A stretch of DNA of 58,750 bases, taken from the NCBI GenBank assembly GCA_042216675.1, contig JBDGTS010000005.1:1-58750 (forward strand). Reading direction: 5' to 3'. Shown in pieces: positions 20,573 to 28,719 of the stretch. Origin of the DNA: Halobacteriaceae archaeon. Lineage in GTDB: Archaea > Halobacteriota > Halobacteria > Halobacteriales > Halobacteriaceae. Positions within the stretch are counted from its first letter, which is position 1, and the number at the start of each line of letters is the position of its first letter. The position numbers and the translations under genes are program-made. Below the pieces are notes generated by a model. It saw nothing but the letters and a program-made list of their open reading frames with translations, had not been told where the DNA came from and did not search any database.

Positions 20573-21340
20573 ATGGACGTCGCCGTCGGCACCTGCGGCT
20601 ACCAGTACTACGACCCCGTCGAGGGTTGGAAAGACGAGTACGAGAGCAAACTGCAGGCATACACCGACGCGTTTCCGACGGGCGAACTCAACCGCACCTT
20701 CTACGAGTTGCCGATGATCGAGACGGCCGAGCGCTGGCGCGCGGAGGCCGTCTCCGGCTTCACGTTCACGCTGAAGGCGTGGCAGGCGATGACCCACCCC
20801 GCAAGCAGTCCGACGTGGAACAGCCACCGGGACGCCCTGCCCGAAGGCGACGTGGGGTACCTCCGACCGACCGCGGCCGTCCGCGACGCGTGGCGCGAGA
20901 CGCGGGCGCGCGCCGAGGCCCTCGACGCGTCCGTCGTCGTCCTCCAGACGCCCCCGAGTTTCGACTGCACGGACGCGCACGCGAGGAACATGCGGGATTT
21001 GTTGGGGTCAATCGAGCGCGGCGACCTGACGTTGGCGTGGGAGCCACGCGGCGACTGGAAGGCGACCCTCGACAGGGTGGCGGACCTGTGTGCGGACCTC
21101 GATCTGGTCCACGTCACGGACCTGTTGCGGCGCTACCCGGTCACCGACGGCCCGGCCTACGTCCGCCTCCACGGCCTGAACGAGGACCCGTACGACTACG
21201 CCTACGACTACGACGACGCCGAACTCGCGCGCCTCGCGGACCGCCTCGACGCGCTCGCGGACGGCGACCGGGCCTTCTGCATGTTCAACAACGACGCGAT
21301 GTACGAGAACGCCCAACGGCTACGGGAGACGATACCGTGA
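20573..21340 (+). CDS. DUF72 (YecE-like) TIM-barrel protein
   Basis: VGTCGY, ELNRTFY, FTLKA, QTPPSF, WEPR, YVRLHG, FNND. Confidence 0.92.
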   Translation: MDVAVGTCGYQYYDPVEGWKDEYESKLQAYTDAFPTGELNRTFYELPMIETAERWRAEAVSGFTFTLKAWQAMTHPASSPTWNSHRDALPEGDVGYLRPTAAVRDAWRETRARAEALDASVVVLQTPPSFDCTDAHARNMRDLLGSIERGDLTLAWEPRGDWKATLDRVADLCADLDLVHVTDLLRRYPVTDGPAYVRLHGLNEDPYDYAYDYDDAELARLADRLDALADGDRAFCMFNNDAMYENAQRLRETIP

Positions 21341-21546
21341 ACTGGCGGGGCGGTCACCGTTCGACCTGCACGAGCACCCGGCGCGTCCGAATCGACGGCG
21401 AAGAACTGGGCGACGCGGCCACCCGCTACGTCTCGACGGAGGTGGCCGGCGGCTTCACGGGCGCGTTCCTCGGACTGTACGCCACCGGGCCCGGCGCGCG
21501 AAGCGAGACGCCGGCGACTGTCGAGCGCTTCGTCTACGAGTCCTGA
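21337..21546 (+). pseudogene. Relic of a GH43 beta-xylosidase C-terminal domain
   Basis: YVSTEVAGGFTGAFLGLYATG...ERFVYE resembles the end of the GH43 beta-sandwich; no catalytic domain upstream. Confidence 0.6.
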
Positions 21547-21849
21547 CTACTCGGCCTCGACTTCGACGCTGTCGGTCGATTCGAGGTAGGTGTTCTCCCA
21601 CTCGCGGCGGTCCTCCAGTTCGCGTTGCCCGCGGTTGGTGAGTGTGTAGTAGTTCGTGCGCTGGTCGAGTTCCCCCTTCTCCACCAGCCCCTTGTCGACG
21701 AGTTGGTCGAGGTTCGGGTAGAGCCGGCCGTGGTGAATCTCGCCCGCGTAGTACTCCTCGAGTTCTTCCTTGATGGCGAGGCCGTGGGGTCGGTCGCCGC
21801 CGGCGATGACGTACAGGAGGTCGCGCTGGAAGCCTGTCAGGTCGTGCAT
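21547..21849 (-). CDS. PadR-family (RosR-like) transcription regulator
   Basis: MHDLTGFQRDLL, HGLAIKEELEEYY, HGRLYPNLD, RTNYY. Confidence 0.92.
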   Translation of the reverse strand: MHDLTGFQRDLLYVIAGGDRPHGLAIKEELEEYYAGEIHHGRLYPNLDQLVDKGLVEKGELDQRTNYYTLTNRGQRELEDRREWENTYLESTDSVEVEAE

Positions 21850-21896
21850 ATCTCCATACACGGACCTATCCCTCATACAGACCGAGCCAAACTACT

Positions 21897-23270
21897 TCAT
21901 TCGGACCCGACCAGCGGCGCAACGAGGTCCCGGCCCGCGTCGAGGAGCGCCCCCACCCGCTCTTCGCTCCCCGCTTCGGCGTAAATGCGCATCTTGGGCT
22001 CCGTCCCGCTTGGCCGCACGAGGAGCCACGACCCGTCGTCGAGGAGGAGTTTGAAGCCGTCGAGGGCGCTCACGTCCGCCACCGACTCGCCCGCGACGCT
22101 CTCGGGAATCGCGTCACCGAGTGCGCCGATGACGCGCTCTTTCTCGTCGTCGGGACAGTCGAGCGACACTTTGCCCTGCTGAATCTCGCCGTGTTCGTCG
22201 AGGAGCGCATCGACGCGAGCGTCGAGGCCCTCGCGCGCCATCGCCGCGGCGTACAGGGCCATCAGCACCCCGTCCTTCTCGCGGACGTGGCCCCAAACGG
22301 AGAAGCCGCCGCTCTCCTCGCCGCCGACGAGGGCGTCGTGGTCGGCCATCGCCTGCGCCACCCACTTGAAGCCGACTTTCGTCTCCACCACGTCCTCGCC
22401 GTGGGCCGCGGCCACCCGGTCGACGAGGAACGTCGTGGAGACGGTGCGCACCGCCGGGCCGCCCCGCGATTCGAGCAGGTGGTCGTACAGCGCCGCGAAA
22501 AAGAGGTTCTCGTCGAGATAGCCCCGCTCGGGGGTGACGACGGCGATTCGGTCGGCGTCGCCGTCGTTCGCCACGCCCACGTCGGCGTCGCCCTCGCGCA
22601 CCGCCGCGGCCAGTTCCGCGAGGTTCTCGGCGCTCGGTTCGGGCGGCGTGCCGCCGAACTCGGGGTCCCGGTCACAGCGCAGGCGCTCCACTTCGGCCCC
22701 GGCGCGTTCGAGGAGGGCGGGCGTCGCGTCCCGGCCGCTCCCGTGCATCCCGTCGTAGGCCACCGTCAGCCCCGAGAGGTCGGCGTCGGCGAGTTCGAGG
22801 GCGTGGTCGGCGTGCGGGCCGACGAAGTCCACCGTGGTCACTTCGCCGTCGCCCGCTCCCTCGGTGGGGTCCGCGAGGCGCGCCTCGATGGCTTCCGTCA
22901 CGTCGGGGAGCGCAGGCGCGCCGTCGTCGGGGATGAACTTCACGCCGTTGTACTCGGGCGGATTGTGCGAGGCCGTGACCATCAGCGCCCCCGCGAGGCC
23001 CCTGTCGGCGACGGCCCACGCCACCGTCGGCGTCGGGCAGTCCCGCTCGGCGAGGCGGACGTCCCGACCGTTCGCCGTCAGCACGGCCGCGAGGTCACGG
23101 GCGAACCCCGGCGAGGTGTCCCGGGCGTCGTAGCCCACGGCGACGGGGCCGGCCACGCCCGCGTCGTCGAGGTAGTCCGCGACGGCCTGTCCGACCATCC
23201 GCACCCGTTCGGACGTAAACTCGGAGAGTGGCGCCCGCCAGCCGTCCGTCCCGAAGGAGATGGCGTCCAT
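21897..23270 (-). CDS. Phosphoglucomutase/phosphomannomutase family protein
   Basis: FGTDG, TASHNP, DGDADR, GEESG, RPSGTEPK. Confidence 0.96.
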   Translation of the reverse strand: MDAISFGTDGWRAPLSEFTSERVRMVGQAVADYLDDAGVAGPVAVGYDARDTSPGFARDLAAVLTANGRDVRLAERDCPTPTVAWAVADRGLAGALMVTASHNPPEYNGVKFIPDDGAPALPDVTEAIEARLADPTEGAGDGEVTTVDFVGPHADHALELADADLSGLTVAYDGMHGSGRDATPALLERAGAEVERLRCDRDPEFGGTPPEPSAENLAELAAAVREGDADVGVANDGDADRIAVVTPERGYLDENLFFAALYDHLLESRGGPAVRTVSTTFLVDRVAAAHGEDVVETKVGFKWVAQAMADHDALVGGEESGGFSVWGHVREKDGVLMALYAAAMAREGLDARVDALLDEHGEIQQGKVSLDCPDDEKERVIGALGDAIPESVAGESVADVSALDGFKLLLDDGSWLLVRPSGTEPKMRIYAEAGSEERVGALLDAGRDLVAPLVGSE

Positions 23271-23355
23271 GCGTCATCGTGGCACCCGCCCGGTCAAAGC
23301 CGCTGTGGTTGCCGGGACCGGCCGGCTTTTGGTCGCCCCTCCCCGAGCGGAACGC

Positions 23356-23886
23356 ATGGACGGGTCCCCTCTCGTCGTCGGCGTCTGTGGCAGTCGCCGA
23401 CGGGACAGTCACACGCGCTCGGCCCTCCGTCACGCCCTCGACGCCGCGAGCGACGCCGGCGCCGACACCGAACTCCTCGATTTGGGCGCCGTGGACCTGC
23501 CGCTGTACCACCCGGACAAGGACCTCGCCGAACAGGGCGACGCCGAAGCCGTGGTTGCGCTCACCGACCGCGCGGACGCCCTCCTCATCGGCTCGCCGGT
23601 GTATCACGGCTCCTACTCCTCGACGCTCAAGAACTGGCACGACTACTGTGGGAGCGACGAGTTCGACGACACCGTGGCGGGCCTCGTGGCCGTCGCCGGC
23701 GGGTCGAACTACGAGGCGACCCTCGAACACATGCAGAGTACGTTCCGGCACGTCCACGCCCACGTCGTCTCCGAGCAAGTCGGGGTGCCCCACGGCGACG
23801 TGGCGGCGGTGGCGGACCGCCTCGACACTCTCGGCCGCACCGTCGTCGAGGCAGTGCGGATGCGGCGCGCCCGGTCAGTCGCCTAG
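23356..23886 (+). CDS. NADPH-dependent FMN reductase
   Basis: GSRRRDSHT and [14 protein letters not shown] motifs. Confidence 0.9.
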   Translation: MDGSPLVVGVCGSRRRDSHTRSALRHALDAASDAGADTELLDLGAVDLPLYHPDKDLAEQGDAEAVVALTDRADALLIGSPVYHGSYSSTLKNWHDYCGSDEFDDTVAGLVAVAGGSNYEATLEHMQSTFRHVHAHVVSEQVGVPHGDVAAVADRLDTLGRTVVEAVRMRRARSVA

Positions 23887-24114
23887 CGCCGCCTTCTCGT
23901 CGTGACGTAGCTGCTTGAGTTCGTACTCGCGGCTGAGCGCCGCGGACCGCGACTCGCACTCCTCCGTGTAGACGAGTTCGACGGGCGTCCGGCCGCGAGT
24001 GTACTTCGCGCCCTCGCCGGCGTCGTGTTCGGCCACGCGTCGCTCGACGTCCGTCGTGTACCCGGTGTAGAAGGTCCCGTCGGCACATTCGAGGACGTAC
24101 ACCCAGTGGCTCAT
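23875..24114 (-). CDS. Small GIY-YIG nuclease (UPF0213)
   Basis: [34 protein letters not shown]. Confidence 0.92.
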   Translation of the reverse strand: MSHWVYVLECADGTFYTGYTTDVERRVAEHDAGEGAKYTRGRTPVELVYTEECESRSAALSREYELKQLRHDEKAALGD

Positions 24115-24151
24115 GCCGAATCGTGGGGACGCCCTCCTAACGGGCCTTGCG

Positions 24152-24301
24152 CTACGCGTCGGTACGCCGATGCCGCGCCGTCTCCGCGATGCCCGCGTTC
24201 GCCGCGCAGGCGGGGCAGGCGAACACCTGTCCGTACTCGTCGCCGAACACGCGCCGGAAGTCGTCGGACACGTGCGCGCCGCAGTTGTCACACGCTGGCA
24301 T
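24152..24301 (-). CDS. Small CPxCG-related zinc-finger protein
   Basis: Manual translation [49 protein letters not shown] (49 aa); not in the ORF track. Confidence 0.8.
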   Translation of the reverse strand: MPACDNCGAHVSDDFRRVFGDEYGQVFACPACAANAGIAETARHRRTDA

Positions 24302-24330
24302 GTGCATCGGTGCCTATGCCCTCGATGCGT

Positions 24331-24382
24331 AAATATCGTTTGCCGAAAGCCCGGTAGAAGTTAATTTTCCATAACGATATTT
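24331..24382. promoter_or_regulatory. Perfect 10-bp inverted repeat in an AT-rich divergent promoter region
   Basis: AAATATCGTT (24331-24340) and AACGATATTT (24373-24382), 32-bp spacer. Confidence 0.5.
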
Positions 24383-24480
24383 TCTCCTACACCGAACACC
24401 CCGGACGAACCCCGGCGTTGACGCTTCAGGCGGGTGATTATGAGAAGCCTTTTAACGGAAAAGGGGAAACTACGCCTCGT

Positions 24481-24648
24481 ATGGCAGACCTTATCGTCAA
24501 AGCCGCAGTGAAGGAAGCGCTCGATGACAAGAACGTCGCCTCGGACTTCTACCAGGCACTCGACGAGGAAGTCGAGGAACTCCTCGAAGACGCCGCCGCC
24601 CGCGCCGAGTCCAACGGTCGCAAGACCGTTCAGCCGCGCGACCTGTAA
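24481..24648 (+). CDS. Small single histone-fold protein (DUF1931-like)
   Basis: MADLIVKAAVKE...AAARAESNGRKTVQPRDL with the histone RKTV motif; TTTTAA box about 30 bp upstream. Confidence 0.88.
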   Translation: MADLIVKAAVKEALDDKNVASDFYQALDEEVEELLEDAAARAESNGRKTVQPRDL

Positions 24649-24654
24649 GGTCAG

Positions 24655-25338
24655 TCAGCGGTTTTCCATTTTTCGGACGCTACCCCCGTCAGCCGTGCCC
24701 ACGTGCACCGCGTCCGCGAGGCCGACGAATAGCCCGTGGGCCACCGCGCCCGGGAGCGCCGAGAGGTCCCGGGCCAGCGTCGCCGGGTCGTCGATGACGC
24801 CGAAGTCACAGTCCAACACGAGGTTGCCGTTGTCGGTGACGACGGGACCGTCCTTTCGTTCGGCGCGGCGGAGCGCCGGGTCGCCGTCGAGCGCTCGCAC
24901 CTCGCTCGCCACCGTCGTCCGCGCGTCCGGCAACACCTCGATGGGGACCGGATGCGACAGCGTCTCCGCCTCCTTCGAGGGGTCCACAACGAGCAGTAGT
25001 CGGTCGGCCGCGGCGTCCACCACTTTCTCGCGGGCGTGGGCCGCGCCGCCGCCTTTCACCGCGTCGAAGCCGGCGACTTGATCCGCGCCGTCGATGGCGA
25101 CGTCCGCGCGCTCGATTTCGTCGAGACCGACGAGCGGGACCCCGCTCTCGCGCGCGAGTTCCCGCGACTGGAAGGAGGTGGGGACGCCGCGCACGTCGAG
25201 GCCCGCGTCGACGCGCCGACCCAGCGCTCGGATGGCGTGGGCCGCGGTGCTTCCGGTGCCGAGGCCGACGACGCTCCCGTCGTCGACGGTGTCAGCGGCG
25301 CTCTCGCCCGCCTCGCGCTTCGCGTCCTCGATGCTCAT
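24655..25338 (-). CDS. rpiA: Ribose-5-phosphate isomerase A
   Basis: GLGTGST, IDGAD, KGGG..REK, TDNGN. Confidence 0.96.
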   Translation of the reverse strand: MSIEDAKREAGESAADTVDDGSVVGLGTGSTAAHAIRALGRRVDAGLDVRGVPTSFQSRELARESGVPLVGLDEIERADVAIDGADQVAGFDAVKGGGAAHAREKVVDAAADRLLLVVDPSKEAETLSHPVPIEVLPDARTTVASEVRALDGDPALRRAERKDGPVVTDNGNLVLDCDFGVIDDPATLARDLSALPGAVAHGLFVGLADAVHVGTADGGSVRKMENR

Positions 25339-25377
25339 GGTCCCCCCGACGACCCGAGGACCCAAAACGTGTCGTGA

Positions 25378-26505
25378 TTAGCCCAGATGCTCCTGCACCG
25401 CCGTCGGGTCGTAGGCCAGCGACAGTTTCCGGGAGCGCCCGCGTCCGTCGAGGCTGACGTAGGTGGCGTCGATGATGCCGACCTGATCGAGTTTGTTGAC
25501 CAACTCCGAGTAGCGCGTGTAGCCCAACTCCGTGCGCTCGTGGAACGCCTCGTACACGTCGCCCGCCCGCTGGCCGTCGTTCTCGGCGACGACCTCGAGG
25601 AGGGCCTGCTCGGAGTCCGAGAGTCCTTCGAGGCGCCGCGAGAGGTGGACGTGCTTGGACTCGGTGTACGCCTCTTCCACGTCGTCGAGGCTCACCTCGC
25701 GCGAGGCGCGCATCTCGGCGTTGAGGCCGGCCCGCCGGAGCAAGTCGATGCCGACGCGGAGGTCACCCGTCTCGGCGGTGAGTTCGGCCACCCGGTCGAG
25801 TACCGTCGTATCCACGACGCCGTCACGAAACCCACGTTCCACCCGGTCCCCGAGGATGTCAGCGATTTCGCGCTCGTCGTACACCTGAAAGTACGCCTCC
25901 TCGGGGCGGAACACGCTCTGCACGCGGCCGTCGAGGGCCTCGATGACGTCCAAGTCGAGGTCCGAGGAGACGACGACGACGCCGACTTTCGCGCCGGGGT
26001 GGGCCTCGTGCGCCCGCAGGAGGGAGTACAGCGTGTCCGAGGCCTCGTTCTCGTAGACGAGGTAGTTCACGTCGTCCAGCGCCACCGTCAGCACCTCGTC
26101 CTCCTCCACCAGTCGCTCGGCCACCTGCGCGAACAGTTTCTTGAAGGAGATGCCGCTACTGGGCGGTTCGTACTCGAAAATCTCCTCGAACAGCCGCGAG
26201 AACACGGCGTAGCGCGTCGAATCCACCTGACAGTTGACGCGGACGGCCCGCACGCCAGACTGGGTGCCGAGTTCCCCGAACAGTTTCTGCACGGCCGTCG
26301 TCTTCCCGGTGCCGGGCGGCCCGCGCACCATCACGTTGAGCGGCCGCGACCCGCGCACCGCCGGCCGGAGCGCGTACTGCAGGGTCTTGACCTGCGACTC
26401 GCGGTGGCGAAACGTCTCCGGAACGTAGTCGATTTCGAAGACGTGTTCGTCGCGGAACACCGATTCGTCCCACGACAGCATCCCCTCTTCGGGGTCCTCT
26501 GCCAT
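25378..26505 (-). CDS. cdc6: Orc1/Cdc6-family replication initiation protein
   Basis: Walker A GPPGTGKT, VNC motif, GDLRVGIDLLRRA, C-terminal winged helix ending GRGRSR. Confidence 0.93.
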   Translation of the reverse strand: MAEDPEEGMLSWDESVFRDEHVFEIDYVPETFRHRESQVKTLQYALRPAVRGSRPLNVMVRGPPGTGKTTAVQKLFGELGTQSGVRAVRVNCQVDSTRYAVFSRLFEEIFEYEPPSSGISFKKLFAQVAERLVEEDEVLTVALDDVNYLVYENEASDTLYSLLRAHEAHPGAKVGVVVVSSDLDLDVIEALDGRVQSVFRPEEAYFQVYDEREIADILGDRVERGFRDGVVDTTVLDRVAELTAETGDLRVGIDLLRRAGLNAEMRASREVSLDDVEEAYTESKHVHLSRRLEGLSDSEQALLEVVAENDGQRAGDVYEAFHERTELGYTRYSELVNKLDQVGIIDATYVSLDGRGRSRKLSLAYDPTAVQEHLG

Positions 26506-26566
26506 CGATGTACCAAGGGGGTGGCGCGCACTTAATGGTTCGCCAGCCTCGGTGAAAGTGGAACGC

Positions 26567-26690
26567 GTGGTCCGGAACGAACGTAGTGAGTGAGGACCAC
26601 GGACTGACGAGCGGGGAGCGTTAGCGACCCGCGAGACGCGTGCGAGGCGCGAGCGGAGCGAGCGCCTCGATGGGCGAGCGAGAACCGCCC
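26567..26690. repeat. Array of four short GA-flanked hairpins
   Basis: Stems GTGGTCC/GGACCAC, GCGGG/CCCGC, CGAGGCGC/GCGCCTCG and GGGCG/CGCCC around purine-rich cores such as ACGTAGT, GCGTTAGC, GCGGAGC. Confidence 0.7.
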
Positions 26691-26691
26691 G

Positions 26692-28677
26692 CTAGAACTT
26701 CTCCAACAGCCGGTCGTAGAAGCCGCCCTCGGCGTCAGCGGCCAGTTTCTCGACGATGAGTTCCGGCGTCGAGCGGGCGAGGTGGTCTTTCACGGGCGAC
26801 CGCTCGACGACGAGGGTGCCGTCCTCCAGCCCCTTCGCCCGGATGCCGTCCACCGTCACGTCGAAGCCCGCGGCGTGGCGAATCTCGCCCGCGAGGTGCG
26901 AGACGATGACGGCGGTGTCGCCCGACTCGTGGAGGGCCTCCAAGATGCCGGCGACGATGCGGGCGCTGGCCCCGGGTTCGGTGATGCTCTCCAGTTCGTC
27001 CACGAGGACCAGTTTCGTCGCGTCGCCGCTGGCTACGTCCGCGAACTGCCGGAGCGTGCTCTCGAAAGCGCCCGCGTCGAGAGTGCCCTGCGTCTTCGCG
27101 TGGTAGTGCAGTTCCTCTACTTCCGGCACCCGCGCGTCGTCGGCGGGCACGGGGAGACCCATGTGCGCGAGGACGACGACGGCGGCCACCAAGTCGAGCG
27201 TGGACGTCTTGCCGCCGCTGTTGACGCCCGAGAGGAGTGCCGGCCCCTCGACGGCGTAGTCGACTGGCTCTACTTCCTCGGGTGGCACGTCTAGCAGGGG
27301 CGAGCGGCCGCCCTCGATGGCGAAGCCCTCGCCGCCGATGGCCGGCATCGTGCAGTCGAAGTCGCGGGCGAAGCGCGCGATTGCCAACTCCACGTCGCGT
27401 TCGAGTGCCCGGCGCACCAGTTCCGTGGCGCCCTCGCGCATCCCCGCGAGGTCCGTCGCCAACTCCCGCTTGCGGCGCGCGGCGCGCCGGTCCCGGGCGG
27501 CGGTCAGTTCCTCGCGGAGGCGGGACACGGCGTCCGCGTCGTGCTCCACGGGATACGTCGGCTCGTCGGTGAACGCTCGCTCCGCGAGGTCGGCCTCCCC
27601 CTCTTTCAGGTCGAGGGCGTCCACGACGTGGCTCCGGGCCGCCTGCACCGCGGCGGCGTACTCGTCGGCGAGTTCGCGCGAGAGCAGGGAGTCCACGCCC
27701 GCGCCGCGTTCGACCAAGGAGAGCAGGTCCGCGCCCTCGATGGTCACGTCCCGCTCCCGGATGGCGTCGGTGAGGCGGTCCTCGGCCACGGACTCGGCGG
27801 TGGCGACGACGGCGTCGAGGTCGTCGGCGGCGTCGGTGAGGCGGTCCAGTTCGTCGTCGCCCACCACCGTTCCGTCGTCGGCGAGGCTGTCGAGGGCCGA
27901 ATCGAGGCGGTCCACGTCCATCGGGGTCTCCATCCCCGCCGCGCGGTGGACGGCGACGGCGGCCCGGATGCGATCGCGGTTCGCCGCGAAGAAGGCGAGC
28001 GTTCGCTCGGGCACCACTTCTGCCGGCGCGTCGAGCGCGTCGGGGCGCACGCGGACGTCGCCCTCTACGTCGACGCCCGCGAACGCCTCGTCGAGTGCGA
28101 CGACGGTGCTGTAGCCGCGCGCCAACTCCGCGAGGTCGCGGGCATCTTCGACGATTTCGACGCTCACCTCCGGAATCTCGTTCTGGGCGCGAGCGTACCG
28201 CTCCGCGTCGGTCGTCGCGAGACAGCGGTCCCGCACCTGCACGTCGTCGGGCGCGTCGAGGGGCGCGACGCCATCTAGCGCCTCCAACACGGCCGGGTCG
28301 GGGTCGCGCGCCGCCGCTCGCTGGGCCATCTCGCGGACCTCCGACACCCGCGAGGCGACGCCGCTCGGGTACAGCGTCTCCAACCGGCGCGCGGCGTACT
28401 CCGTCACCGCGCGCTCTTGGACGAGTTCGAGGACGCGCTCGTGGATTTCGCGGGCGCGGGGCGTGGCGAGGAAGCCCCCGGGGTCGTCGTGGCGGGCGCG
28501 GATGGCGCCGCGCGCGATGCGGGCCGCGCGCCCCGGCGAGACGCCCGGCGCGCGGGAGAGTTCGGCCACGTCCCCGTGGCGGAGCGCCCTCTCGGGGTCC
28601 GAGAGTTCGCGGAGCGCCGTCGCCGTCTTGGCGCCGACGCCCGGCACCGCCTCCAGTTCGAGGTCCTCGCGCTCCAT
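26692..28677 (-). CDS. mutS5: MutS-related ATPase (MutS5 type, N-terminal HhH)
   Basis: VPGVG and APGVS HhH motifs, Walker A GVNSGGKT, AGAFES, VDELESITE, VSH. Confidence 0.9.
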   Translation of the reverse strand: MEREDLELEAVPGVGAKTATALRELSDPERALRHGDVAELSRAPGVSPGRAARIARGAIRARHDDPGGFLATPRAREIHERVLELVQERAVTEYAARRLETLYPSGVASRVSEVREMAQRAAARDPDPAVLEALDGVAPLDAPDDVQVRDRCLATTDAERYARAQNEIPEVSVEIVEDARDLAELARGYSTVVALDEAFAGVDVEGDVRVRPDALDAPAEVVPERTLAFFAANRDRIRAAVAVHRAAGMETPMDVDRLDSALDSLADDGTVVGDDELDRLTDAADDLDAVVATAESVAEDRLTDAIRERDVTIEGADLLSLVERGAGVDSLLSRELADEYAAAVQAARSHVVDALDLKEGEADLAERAFTDEPTYPVEHDADAVSRLREELTAARDRRAARRKRELATDLAGMREGATELVRRALERDVELAIARFARDFDCTMPAIGGEGFAIEGGRSPLLDVPPEEVEPVDYAVEGPALLSGVNSGGKTSTLDLVAAVVVLAHMGLPVPADDARVPEVEELHYHAKTQGTLDAGAFESTLRQFADVASGDATKLVLVDELESITEPGASARIVAGILEALHESGDTAVIVSHLAGEIRHAAGFDVTVDGIRAKGLEDGTLVVERSPVKDHLARSTPELIVEKLAADAEGGFYDRLLEKF

Positions 28678-28719
28678 CGCTCGGGTGGAGTCGTCGGGCG
28701 GACAAAAACGCACCGGGCC

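Noticed and set aside
23875-24114. GIY-YIG gene as a homing endonuclease or mobile element
   Set aside because: Stand-alone 79-aa UPF0213-type protein with no DNA-binding extension or intron context.
26567-26690. CRISPR array or tRNA in the hairpin clusters (also 53422-53529)
   Set aside because: No constant repeat with unique spacers, no cas genes, no cloverleaf or T-loop consensus.
26506-26691. Replication origin next to cdc6
   Set aside because: Only a partial GTGGAA match; no repeated ORB boxes with G-strings and no AT-rich unwinding element in this short interval.
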